Below are positions 29,901 to 36,537 of a stretch of 64,000 bases of DNA, piece after piece; position 1 is the stretch's first letter, and every line of letters starts with the position of its first letter. Made by a program: the position numbers and the translations under genes. The notes under the pieces were generated by a model. It did no database searches. It worked only from the letters and a program-made list of their open reading frames with translations, and was not told where the DNA came from. The stretch is from NCBI GenBank assembly GCA_015062925.1, contig SUTL01000001.1, positions 3,668 through 67,667 of the forward strand, written 5' to 3'. Source of the DNA: Methanobrevibacter thaueri. GTDB taxonomy: Archaea > Methanobacteriota > Methanobacteria > Methanobacteriales > Methanobacteriaceae.

Positions 29901-31234
29901 GTAATGATTATTTCACCATTTTTAAGGGTTGCAAGTTCAACTGCTTTTTTAATTGTTTTAACAGGAGCATCACTTGAACCTGTATTGTTATCATTACCAT
30001 CAGGAGATACAAAAGTAGTGTTCGGGTCAACTGCATTATCATTAATTCCAGGTATAATAACTGTTAAATCATCACCATTACTTAATTTATAATTGGATCC
30101 ATCTTTAATTATTGTTATTTGAGATAATTCATCAATAACATCGGAAGGTTTACCGTTTTCTCCCCAGTAATTGTAATTAAAGTCTTTTTGAGAGCTTGCA
30201 GTATTATAATTATCACAAAATTCTGTTCCAAAGGAATTGCCATATATATTATTATAATTTAAAACAATATTATTTGAACTTCCAGTATAAATAAAAGTTT
30301 TTGGAGCAGTGTTATTTGCAAGTAATGTTTGATTCATATACAAGTTTCCACTTGAGCTTATATATATCATTGAATCTCCAACATATGTTTCACGGTCTTT
30401 AATTGTATTGTTAAAAATCTTGGAGTTTGTGATATAAAGATTATTTGAAGCTCTAATTAATGAATTTGCAACACCATAACAATTAGATATTATTGTTCCT
30501 TCAATTGTTAAACTACCTGATCTACCCGCACTATAAATTAAACCATACATTTGGCCACTTGATGTTGGAACATATCCGCAATTGTTAAATAAACAATTTT
30601 TAATAGTGTGTGTTCCTGTACTTGAATAATATATTGCACCGGTTCCTGGAGAGTTACTTTCTTCTCTTACGTTTTCAAATATACAATTTTCAATATTAAC
30701 AGTATCAGATGTTGTATAGTGCATTGCACCATATTTTGAACTTAAATTGTTAAAAGTACAGTTAATCCAATTTACATTACCATCCCCAAATCTTAATAAA
30801 CCATTTCCTCCAGTTCGGGATGAATCTTTAATAGAAAAGTTTGAAAATGAAAGATTAATAGAGCTGGTTGATACAAATAAATCAGTGTTTCCTGAATTTT
30901 TTGTTATAATTACTCCATCTTGGGTTTCACCAACAATATTTAATGTTTTGGTGAAAGTGATTGTATCTTCACTATATTGTCCATTTTTTATATATATTGT
31001 ATCTCCACTGTTAGCGTTGCTAACGGCAGCAGATATTTTTCCGTCTCCTCCACCTTCAACGGTGATCGTATTACCTTCATTTAACACTTGATTTTCATCA
31101 CTAATACTTATTGCATTGTTGTCTGTTGTATTAGTGGATAAATCTTGGTTAAATGTATCCGTTGCACTTGTAGTGCTGATACATGCAAGTATCATTACTA
31201 TTAGTGCTATAATAAAAAATTTAGTTATTTTCAT
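20915..31234 (-). CDS. Giant adhesin-like protein (tandem beta-helix modules plus Ig-like repeats)
   Basis: 3439 aa; signal peptide; many GGAI/F.NN.A beta-helix repeats; YVS.DG.D.N.GS and N(W/Y)WG module boundaries; Y.GD Ig-like repeats; Lys-rich C-terminus. Confidence 0.92.
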   Translation of the reverse strand: MKITKFFIIALIVMILACISTTSATDTFNQDLSTNTTDNNAISISDENQVLNEGNTITVEGGGDGKISAAVSNANSGDTIYIKNGQYSEDTITFTKTLNIVGETQDGVIITKNSGNTDLFVSTSSINLSFSNFSIKDSSRTGGNGLLRFGDGNVNWINCTFNNLSSKYGAMHYTTSDTVNIENCIFENVREESNSPGTGAIYYSSTGTHTIKNCLFNNCGYVPTSSGQMYGLIYSAGRSGSLTIEGTIISNCYGVANSLIRASNNLYITNSKIFNNTIKDRETYVGDSMIYISSSGNLYMNQTLLANNTAPKTFIYTGSSNNIVLNYNNIYGNSFGTEFCDNYNTASSQKDFNYNYWGENGKPSDVIDELSQITIIKDGSNYKLSNGDDLTVIIPGINDNAVDPNTTFVSPDGNDNNTGSSDAPVKTIKKAVELATLKNGEIIITEGIYTENNIELNSNISYTITGKGNVVIDGNASSNSIFIMHGGQATFTNIRFTNNKPKYGGAIFINYGTGTSRNTIDINVTIDKCVFEDINSTSRGGAVYAWYTTGNIIIKNSVFKNIDSGSFGAVTVGYSAYENGLNLEISNSIFENNNASNAAAAYLQAKNILITGSSFINNTAKYNPGAIYIYNGTAVIDNCKLCNNSASGAGAAIQSTIPSKSPVTNLTITNSIIENNYGTNGVSPAIYMDMTRLNISYSSIINNLSIETRTAAGYDSIYGQGVVIANNNWWGCTNPSTKVKGEEITIDNWVIMNVEVNASQIVIYDEVQITVDFNHVNTTSGEIENLTGGVIPIESYTVNFSTTNGTITPSTVEIKKGESKSVIYEVQDPNAIVTVTYKDIEIPIDFSAGADPYFGIIYLSQDGNDKNNGSINAPVATLAKAMALALNKHGSGEIIVSEGIYNGSDFTINKNLTITGQGNVIFNGENKTTSMFNAPSGANVDKLELNNLIITNVNRGYGAFVYNYGVNEVILNNITYAGNTNDRVTLITSYVGTLTVKNSKISNNTVGGIIVYSSKDNLTVINSIFENNIVNKDTSVYGIIHASGNGNIIVKDSLFKNNTVRQNVIAATGNGNNVYINNTEISQTTSDVGSGAAISAKGNLIINNSKFTNNKANKNGGAIYIDSYADAKITNSIFANNSAGSSDKGDIIYAKGKLTINYSILLNNNSHKTLYNAGEYVINAQYNWWGTNDDPKTLNGVDQYYDYDEWEYVNCEYPDTSNWIVMNITTDMINNTVKLGDKVEITVDFTKYMNTTGGLQDLDKILPEFTITATSQNGQLDANEITVKNNMAKITYTATQEGQDNLDIVSGLTVPIDINVRAPGAIYVSVDGNDANDGSSQDNAVATIQKAIEIADNKIIILNGTYVINDAIIINKDLDITGKDIVVLDGNSSGMFENTAKINFTNIIFTNSKLGFGGVVKNDGEVIFENCTFHSNTATGTSSGIINNKGTMIVNNSKFHDNIASRGEISSQTGSKLIINNSEFYYNNVGKTGNVYGVIYSNSADTVIENTIFRDNAGKAGAVIYATRGSSSTTGTLNVINCTFNNNTASYTGGAIFAGRTPTNIKNSVFTNNKVIPQSLPAYGGAIYQTIDDPLSQMTIDHCIFINNTADNGAALYVNTNQGTFTVTNSIILNKENDTSYALAKKDGATTVITAENNYWGNNSGANSQAPVSVIITLDVTTTPDGAQTGDEVTITARFSQDVPNGAELQFISTSKNLNQIVSVKNKVATVNYVLDSDDNDVSIYMGGRLLETIPFAIPDVIYVMPGASDSNIGSLENPVGTIERALKLAVKGNIVLLNGTHKVSDLGIISNNLNITGQGKVIIDAQNNNAILCVGTDAKIVIKNVIMINGYGTDGSGGLLSNNNELTLINCTLANSSAGQNNGGAIYNVGKLTIINSTINHNTAKEGGAIWTNNDLSKNPIIIIQNSIFENNIATGKDNYGGGAIFAQELTGLTITNTTFANNKAQTTSSGGAIFISHSDTLITITDSEFISNHANGNSNVGGGAIYMVGTSNYERKGTLTISNTLFDSNTCDNDGGAIYVRATTLKVENSVLINNNDMNRYAIYGYGTEQVNPSITANNNWWGSNDNPNKFIGGYRFTPRISTWAIMTVTNSSAFIEGENVTLTVNINQYTTGTENGTLAKPISVKLPVTITTTTGDINGILNNGEFTTNYLVPNGFNYISATLNDETIVLYVVPTETTVELINYTVKQGENVEFNIKVLSNGTIVNKGIVELYVDDELIATIDVIDGIANKKILITKTIGIYNLTAKYNDNTLIFVKSNATATLNVSGINNIVTKENFFDFFDASGSLLNTVPFDELIFKGEFKDLGVNIIYLHKAMSIIGDNATFTNIACSIIDNNIKLSNIKFNSDKVNYMENYGACVLVYANNIELNNITVNYTTENDIESYGIYVLESKKVNITQSKVYFDSNNNGNTHTYAMHIRDSEDVCVKESLINATLPSLDVDFSYWGSIDTDLVLVIGVQEGKNIKIMENTILSNVKSASGDYATLDTIMVYGTTNLLISHNNISETDFSGQGIPGYSNVVDLYAFNTALIEYNNIYVKTTTGIEGKGTAYPIQLTGPYTGLVIDHNNLTAIAQGPALGIYSQNYDGITDITVTNNYINVTGLATGNYYALVSGMELQDTVAKVYNNTIYSYNVGDGDDGLFGISYAQSTSGNHNFDIQNNTIHTDGKYAIYLLSAQNSIVTENILYANELKGDESVKINSGSGNIIIDNYPLFPVNVIIDANNVPAGKDNIITITVSNATGNITLTINNNTYTANLTDGIAKITIPATELVLGENTVSVTYNGDEYYKVTTNTTSFNVTKAKSNIIITTTDLTIQNDVNVTVNITGATGNITIITDNIKNEIPLNNGIATYTIKSIKAGKHIITVIYLGDNTHEFATNSTKFTIDKITTIIEANSTTINYGQIDKLNIKLSPQINTTISTIINGKKQIINIINGIGEIDITGMAVGNHSIILTYSGDDYYETSEKTINIQVNPIDANLKASTSNINVSENAIINIEINTQATGNINVKLGDAIYQVTIINGKGNVTISDLPAGEYTAYITFQGDKQFKPSEITTKFIVYKVKLPENSTTISMEIPEGTTSPEFTINLPTDATGNLTITVDGIKYTKQIINGTATVTVNDLTVGNHTISAAYTGDKKYNGFATLNKTMTIPKATIPGGEDALNITIPEGSESPNFSINLPKDATGNLTVTVDDKDTYTQALINGSANINVPKLTQGDHKVNVCYTGDIKYSLISKNATVHIPIVNIINNKDMVISYTQSATYSITVTKDGKAIGADENVTITLNGNNYNLKTDINGSVSFKIPMLNPGKHTITATYNEIKVSNNINVNGIVKAKNMKVKKSAKVLKVKVTLNKVNGVTLIGKQVTLKLNGKIFKAKTNSKGVAVFKLKKKVIKKLKAGKKYPYQAIYINNIAKYVIKVKK

Positions 31235-31403
31235 TAAAACATCTCAAGTTTATTATGAGTCAATGTAAAATTATAATAAATTAACTTTACATTTATAATT
31301 ATTATCATAGATACTATATAAATTTTAAATACAACTTGAAATTATTTTAACACCACCTAAAAAAAGCAATAATAATAACCAAAAAACAACAAAAATATAA
31401 ACC

Positions 31404-32348
31404 ATGAAAATTTTAATCATAGGTGCTGGAGGAGTAGGAATAGGACTTGCAACATCAGTCGCATCCCAGGGAGCAGAAATTGGAATATACGCACGAGGCA
31501 AAACCGCCCAAGCAATTAAAGAAAATGGAATAAAAAGAACAGGATTATTCCAACACTACGAAATCAAAAACATCCCAGTATATGAAAAATACACAGAAAT
31601 ACCAGAAAACACATACGACTACATATTCATCACAGCAAAAACCACTGCAAACGAAGATATCAGTTCAAACTTAAACAAACACAAAAACATATTAAAAACA
31701 AACACCAAAATCATAATCTTTCAAAACGGATTTGGAAACGATGAATACTACCTAAAATACTTTACAAAACAACAAGTTTTCACATCCAGAATAATCACAG
31801 GATTCACACGCCCCGAAAGACACATAAGTGAAGTTACAGTATACACCGAACCAATACTAATAGGATCGCTTCAAAAAGAATCACCCCACCAATTACAGGA
31901 AATTGCAGATTTAATAACCTCTTCAGGAATTAAATGTGAACTTACAGATGAAGTTGACAAATACTTATGGGCTAAAATGTTATATAACTGCAGTTTAAAT
32001 GCATTAGGTGCAATATTAAACTGCACATATGGAGAACTATCACAAAACCCATATACAGTTGAAATAATGAATCATATTATTGATGAAGTATTTAATGTGA
32101 TAACAACCAGTGGCTATGAAACATTATGGAATTCCCCAAAAGAATATAAAAACCTGTTTTACTCAAAACTCATACCTGACACATATAATCATTATTCATC
32201 AACCCATCATGACCTTCAAAAAAAGATTAAAACAGAAATCGACTCATTAAATGGTAAAGTAATTGAACTTGGAAAAATCAATAATGTTAATGTAGAATAT
32301 AATAAGATAATATATAATCTTGTTAAAGCTATTGAAAATACATTCTAG
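31404..32348 (+). CDS. panE: 2-dehydropantoate (ketopantoate) reductase
   Basis: GAGGVG, FQNG, WAKMLYN, S...D..TEIDSLNG. Confidence 0.88.
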   Translation: MKILIIGAGGVGIGLATSVASQGAEIGIYARGKTAQAIKENGIKRTGLFQHYEIKNIPVYEKYTEIPENTYDYIFITAKTTANEDISSNLNKHKNILKTNTKIIIFQNGFGNDEYYLKYFTKQQVFTSRIITGFTRPERHISEVTVYTEPILIGSLQKESPHQLQEIADLITSSGIKCELTDEVDKYLWAKMLYNCSLNALGAILNCTYGELSQNPYTVEIMNHIIDEVFNVITTSGYETLWNSPKEYKNLFYSKLIPDTYNHYSSTHHDLQKKIKTEIDSLNGKVIELGKINNVNVEYNKIIYNLVKAIENTF

Positions 32349-32356
32349 AAAAACTA

Positions 32357-32368
32357 AAAGTTTATATA
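32357..32368 (+). promoter_or_regulatory. Archaeal BRE/TATA promoter
   Basis: aaag-tttatata, about 20 nt upstream of the structured region starting near 32385. Confidence 0.5.
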
Positions 32369-32383
32369 TGTTAAAAAGCAATA

Positions 32384-32500
32384 TATTATTGTTCATATTG
32401 TTATGTACTATTTTTTTTATAATATGAACAATGGTGATGGTTGAAATGAGCATTCGTTTGTATTCCTTTAGTGGTGTTTAGGAAGAGAATGTTCATTTGT
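32384..32500 (+). ncRNA. Candidate structured leader RNA or sRNA (two hairpins)
   Basis: Stem 1 pairs 32385-32401 with 32419-32435 (includes G-U pairs); stem 2 pairs 32444-32455 with 32487-32498, inner ttcct/aggaa; TATA box upstream. Confidence 0.4.
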
Positions 32501-32549
32501 TTTATAAAAATTACTTATTTTATATTAATTAATTAATAAATGTGATATT

Positions 32550-32984
32550 ATGAGTGAACTTAAACAATTAATAGATGAATATATTGAACTTGAAGATAAT
32601 TTTAACGAAGAAAATAATGAAGAAGCTGAAAAATTACATGAATTAGGACATGAAATTGATCATGCAGTTTATCATGAAGAATTCACAATCATATACAATG
32701 CAGATACTGAAGATGAAGAAGTAGTTGCACTAATCATCAGCGATGAAGAGGATGATGCTGAAGAATTCTTCATACCAGTATATACTTCACAAGAAGAAGC
32801 TGAAAAAGCAATTGAATCATTCACCACAGAATATGGTGGGAATAATTTTGCAATGGATAAAGCTAATGGTAATGCTATTGTCCAGGCATATGCTGATGAT
32901 GAAGAGTTTTTAGGTCTTGCAGTTAATGCACCTCAATGTGATTTTGTAATTTTTGCAGAAAGTGTTCATGACTGCAGTGAGTAA
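32550..32984 (+). CDS. SseB-like protein (highly acidic)
   Basis: FFIPVYTSQEEA and GLAVNAP motifs of the SseB N-terminal domain. Confidence 0.7.
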   Translation: MSELKQLIDEYIELEDNFNEENNEEAEKLHELGHEIDHAVYHEEFTIIYNADTEDEEVVALIISDEEDDAEEFFIPVYTSQEEAEKAIESFTTEYGGNNFAMDKANGNAIVQAYADDEEFLGLAVNAPQCDFVIFAESVHDCSE

Positions 32985-32991
32985 AAATAAT

Positions 32992-33435
32992 ATGAATCCT
33001 AAAGATTATCAGGAATATCAGGAAAAAAATATTAAAGCTTCTAAAAGTCAGTTAAAGAATTATATTCAAATATACGCTGACACTGTTAGTAAAGTTAAAA
33101 ATGAAAATGCACCTGAACTTGAAATTATTAAGAATAATATTAGAGAAACCTATCCAACTGAAATATATTTCACATTAACTGATGAGAAAGATGATTTTGT
33201 TAAATTAACATTAACAGAATCAAGTAAAGAATATATTATTCCGGTTTTTACTGATATAAGAGAGTATGCTATTGGAAGTGCTAAGATTTCTGAATTATTC
33301 CTTGATAAATTAGAAATGAAAGAAATAACACCAGAAGATATATCTGAAATTGCTGGTGAAGATGAATATTTTCAGGGTTTTGTGATTAATCCTCATTCAC
33401 AAAATTTTAATATGGATTGTAATGGTAATTTTTAG
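32992..33435 (+). CDS. SseB-like protein
   Basis: IIPVFTDIREY and GFVINPHS; ATG 32992 lies just after the upstream stop (ORF track gives 32953). Confidence 0.75.
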   Translation: MNPKDYQEYQEKNIKASKSQLKNYIQIYADTVSKVKNENAPELEIIKNNIRETYPTEIYFTLTDEKDDFVKLTLTESSKEYIIPVFTDIREYAIGSAKISELFLDKLEMKEITPEDISEIAGEDEYFQGFVINPHSQNFNMDCNGNF

Positions 33436-33445
33436 GTGGATTTAA

Positions 33446-33712
33446 ATGTATATTTGCCCTACTCTTGGAGATGGACATGAAAAGGATTTTCTTGTAATTG
33501 GAGATTTGAATAATTTTAAAATTATTGTTTTTTCTAATTTAGAGGAATATGAGAAGGGTTTTGATTATTTGAATTTGGTTGATTATAAGCCTTGCAGTGT
33601 TTCAGAGGATTTGTTTTTTGAACTTGCAAAAAATGATGAGTGTTTTGGTGGTTTGGTTTTAAATATTCATAGTGAAAATAAGATTATTTTAAAAGAAGAG
33701 TTACTCGGATAA
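33446..33712 (+). CDS. Short SseB-like protein
   Basis: IIVFSNLEEY and GGLVLNIHS; AGGTGG RBS. Confidence 0.6.
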   Translation: MYICPTLGDGHEKDFLVIGDLNNFKIIVFSNLEEYEKGFDYLNLVDYKPCSVSEDLFFELAKNDECFGGLVLNIHSENKIILKEELLG

Positions 33713-33982
33713 CTCTTCTTCATCTTCTTCTTCAATTAGTTCTTGAGTGTAATATTTATATCTGTATGACATTTTAAATCCGGACATAACTTCTCTTTTT
33801 GGTCTTTTTTTACGTTTGATATTAGGTCCGTTCATATCTTTGAATTTTTCTTGGTGTGGTTTAGCTAGAGCTTTGTTTTCACGTTGGTATTGAATTATTC
33901 TGTTTCGTGAATGTGGTGCTTTATACATGTTTTTTCTTAGTAATCGTCTTGATGAGGATGCTCGTCTTATCACGAAAATCAC
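33701..33982 (-). CDS. Small basic hypothetical protein with acidic tail
   Basis: 93 aa, R/K-rich, ending EEEDEEELSE; abuts the upstream ORF. Confidence 0.6.
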   Translation of the reverse strand: MIFVIRRASSSRRLLRKNMYKAPHSRNRIIQYQRENKALAKPHQEKFKDMNGPNIKRKKRPKREVMSGFKMSYRYKYYTQELIEEEDEEELSE

Positions 33983-34174
33983 TTATTTTCTGTTTAGATT
34001 TTTTGTTGCTGATTTATCTAAAGTAGCTTGTATTTCATCAATTCTTTCAACTACTACTTTAATTGCTTGTTCTCCTTGACGTGTAGGATTGATTCCTTGT
34101 TCAACAAGTAATGCATCCCTAATATCTCTTAATCTGTCAATTGAATCGATTTTCATAATGGTACTGTAAAACAT
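33983..34174 (-). CDS. Small helical hypothetical protein
   Basis: 63 aa; GGAGG RBS upstream; helix-turn-coil-like composition. Confidence 0.6.
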   Translation of the reverse strand: MFYSTIMKIDSIDRLRDIRDALLVEQGINPTRQGEQAIKVVVERIDEIQATLDKSATKNLNRK

Positions 34175-34254
34175 AAAATTTTTTCCTCCGATTAAACTAT
34201 TTTATTATTATATTTAACCAAATTTAAATATTTTATGTTTGAATAATTATACTT

Positions 34255-35106
34255 ATGTTTGTAAAACAAAATGTTATTTATCTTGCAGGTGGTTGTTTTT
34301 GGGGTGTTGAAGCATTCATTTCAAGATTATCTGGAGTTAATAGAACTGAAGTTGGTTATGCTAATGGTCATGATCTTGCACCTACTTATGAAAAGGTTTC
34401 TGGTGGAAAAACTGGTCATGCTGAGTGTGTTAAGGTTACTTATAATCCTGAAATTATTAGTTTGGATTTGATTTTGGAGAATTTTTTTAAAATTATTGAT
34501 CCGTTTAGTGTTAATTGTCAGGGTGAGGATGTTGGGTCTCAGTATCGTAGTGGTATTTATTGGCAGGAGGATTTTCAAAGGAGTGTTGTTGTTGGTTTTT
34601 TAAAAGAAAAACAGAAGTTGTGTGAGAGTAGGATTGTTGTTGAGGTTGGACCTATTTGTAATTTTTATCTTGGTGAGGAGTATCATCAGAAGTATCTTGA
34701 GAAACATCCCGACGGTTATTGTCATATTGATTTAAATTTAATTGATGATGAAAAATTCAGCCACTTGACCCGTGAAGAGTATGAAATAACACAGCTTGCT
34801 ATGACAGAACCTGCTTTTAGTGGAGAATATAATGATTTTTTTGAAGATGGTATATATGTTGATGTTGTTGATGGTGAAGTTTTATTCGCCTCCGAGGATA
34901 AAATCAAAACAGACACCGGATGGGCATCATTTAAAAAACCAATAGATGAAAACAAAATAATACAACACAGAGACTACTCTCATGGAACAACAAGAATAGA
35001 AATCAGAAGTAAAAAAGCAAACACCCACTTAGGCCACATACACTATGAAAAAAACAGTAAAATATACTGCATCAATTCAGCCAGCCTCAAATTCATACCC
35101 GAATAA
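34255..35106 (+). CDS. msrAB: Peptide methionine sulfoxide reductase MsrA-MsrB fusion
   Basis: AGGCFWG, GYANG, QYRSGIY and EEYHQKYL (MsrA); TEPAF, GWASF, HLGH and YCINS (MsrB). Confidence 0.92.
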   Translation: MFVKQNVIYLAGGCFWGVEAFISRLSGVNRTEVGYANGHDLAPTYEKVSGGKTGHAECVKVTYNPEIISLDLILENFFKIIDPFSVNCQGEDVGSQYRSGIYWQEDFQRSVVVGFLKEKQKLCESRIVVEVGPICNFYLGEEYHQKYLEKHPDGYCHIDLNLIDDEKFSHLTREEYEITQLAMTEPAFSGEYNDFFEDGIYVDVVDGEVLFASEDKIKTDTGWASFKKPIDENKIIQHRDYSHGTTRIEIRSKKANTHLGHIHYEKNSKIYCINSASLKFIPE

Positions 35107-35142
35107 ATAATTAAATATAAGTTAAAATAAAACAATACTATA

Positions 35143-35538
35143 ATGAAACTTGAAGAAATAACACACCCGGAATTAAAAAACAATATAAACCTAATATATA
35201 TGCAAGGTGAAAACAACAACAAAAAAGCAATACAAGAACTGGAAAACAAAATAAAAACCTACATAAAAAACAATGTATTCATAATTTCCATTGAAAATAA
35301 CGAACCCGTAAAAATACCCTACGGTAACAATGAAGAATATGTTGTTCCAATATTCACTGACCAAAGAGAATACACATTAGGCATGCAATACTTCTCATTA
35401 AATGTAATGGATGAAAATAAAGAATATATAATTGAAAAACTAGATTATTTTAAAAAATTAAAAGAGGATCCTAAATTCTTAGGATACCTGGTAAATATTA
35501 GTAGTGTAAGCTATATTATTAACACAAGCTTACTCTAA
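35143..35538 (+). CDS. SseB-like protein
   Basis: VVPIFTDQREY and GYLVNISS; resembles 32992-33435. Confidence 0.65.
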   Translation: MKLEEITHPELKNNINLIYMQGENNNKKAIQELENKIKTYIKNNVFIISIENNEPVKIPYGNNEEYVVPIFTDQREYTLGMQYFSLNVMDENKEYIIEKLDYFKKLKEDPKFLGYLVNISSVSYIINTSLL

Positions 35539-36516
35539 AAACTCTTTTTTAACTTTCCCAATAATTTCTTTAAATCTTTTTGACACTTCATCATCGGGAT
35601 CAAGTGTTGAAATAGTTGCTTCATTATATGGAGATTTGGAAACACTTTCTTCAATCGGTAAATCACCTAAATAGGTAATTTCCATTTCATCAGCAAAAGC
35701 CTTACCATTACCTTCACCGAAAATATGTAATTTCTCATCACAATGAGGACAAATATAGTATGCCATGTTTTCAATTAAACCAATATTATCTATATTCATC
35801 ATTTTAACCATTTTAACACATTTAAGCACATCTTCCTGTGATACAACATTTGGTGTTGTAACCATCAATACTAAATCAGCGTCAGGAATAGTTTGAAGAA
35901 CGGTTAATGGTTCATCTCCAGTTCCAGGAGGATTATCAATGATTAAAAAATCAAGTTCACCCCAATGTGCATCACTAATTAACTGTTTTATAGCACCGGT
36001 TTTTTGAGGTCCTCTCCAAATAATAGGTCTGTCAAGACCATCTATTAAAAATGCCATTGACATTACTTTCAATCCACTTGGAGTTGTAACTGGGAAAATT
36101 GAATGCTGATATTCTGCTTTTTTATCTTCAATTAATTGGCGTTGTTCATCCTGTGATAAGTCTTTGGAAGCCATATCTTCTTCAACTAATTGTTTAAACG
36201 CATCAAATTGGAATTGGTTGAATTCTTCTTCAAACATATCTATTCCAAGCATTTTAGGAATATTAGGTCCATGAATATCTGCATCAAGAATACCTGTTTT
36301 ATAACCCATTGACTGTAAAGTTTCAGCTATATTTGCTGCTACAGTGGATTTTCCAACTCCACCTTTACCACTCATAACAACAATTTTATGTTTAATTTGA
36401 CTTAAATTCTTAGCTAAGCGTATTTCCTGTTGCATCATTTGCATTTGCTGTTCTGGAGTCATTTGACCTCCATGACCATGATGCCCATGATGTCCGTGAT
36501 GTCCTTGTTCTACCAT
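35530..36516 (-). CDS. Mrp/NBP35 Fe-S cluster carrier ATPase with His-rich N-terminus
   Basis: SGKGGVGKST, DADIHGP, WRGP, DNPPGTGD, ENM..CPHC. Confidence 0.93.
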   Translation of the reverse strand: MVEQGHHGHHGHHGHGGQMTPEQQMQMMQQEIRLAKNLSQIKHKIVVMSGKGGVGKSTVAANIAETLQSMGYKTGILDADIHGPNIPKMLGIDMFEEEFNQFQFDAFKQLVEEDMASKDLSQDEQRQLIEDKKAEYQHSIFPVTTPSGLKVMSMAFLIDGLDRPIIWRGPQKTGAIKQLISDAHWGELDFLIIDNPPGTGDEPLTVLQTIPDADLVLMVTTPNVVSQEDVLKCVKMVKMMNIDNIGLIENMAYYICPHCDEKLHIFGEGNGKAFADEMEITYLGDLPIEESVSKSPYNEATISTLDPDDEVSKRFKEIIGKVKKEFLE

Positions 36517-36537
36517 TTATATACACTCCTCATTTTT

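Noticed and set aside
21045-31091. Many + strand ORFs of 60-190 aa inside the giant adhesin, and similar antisense ORFs elsewhere
   Set aside because: They are shadow frames of real genes, with no motifs or RBS and composition mirroring the sense codons
32430-32500. Fluoride riboswitch (GGTGATGG) or SECIS reading of the hairpins
   Set aside because: The sequence after GGTGATGG does not form the fluoride aptamer stem or pseudoknot, no fluoride exporter follows, and no in-frame UGA selenoprotein is nearby
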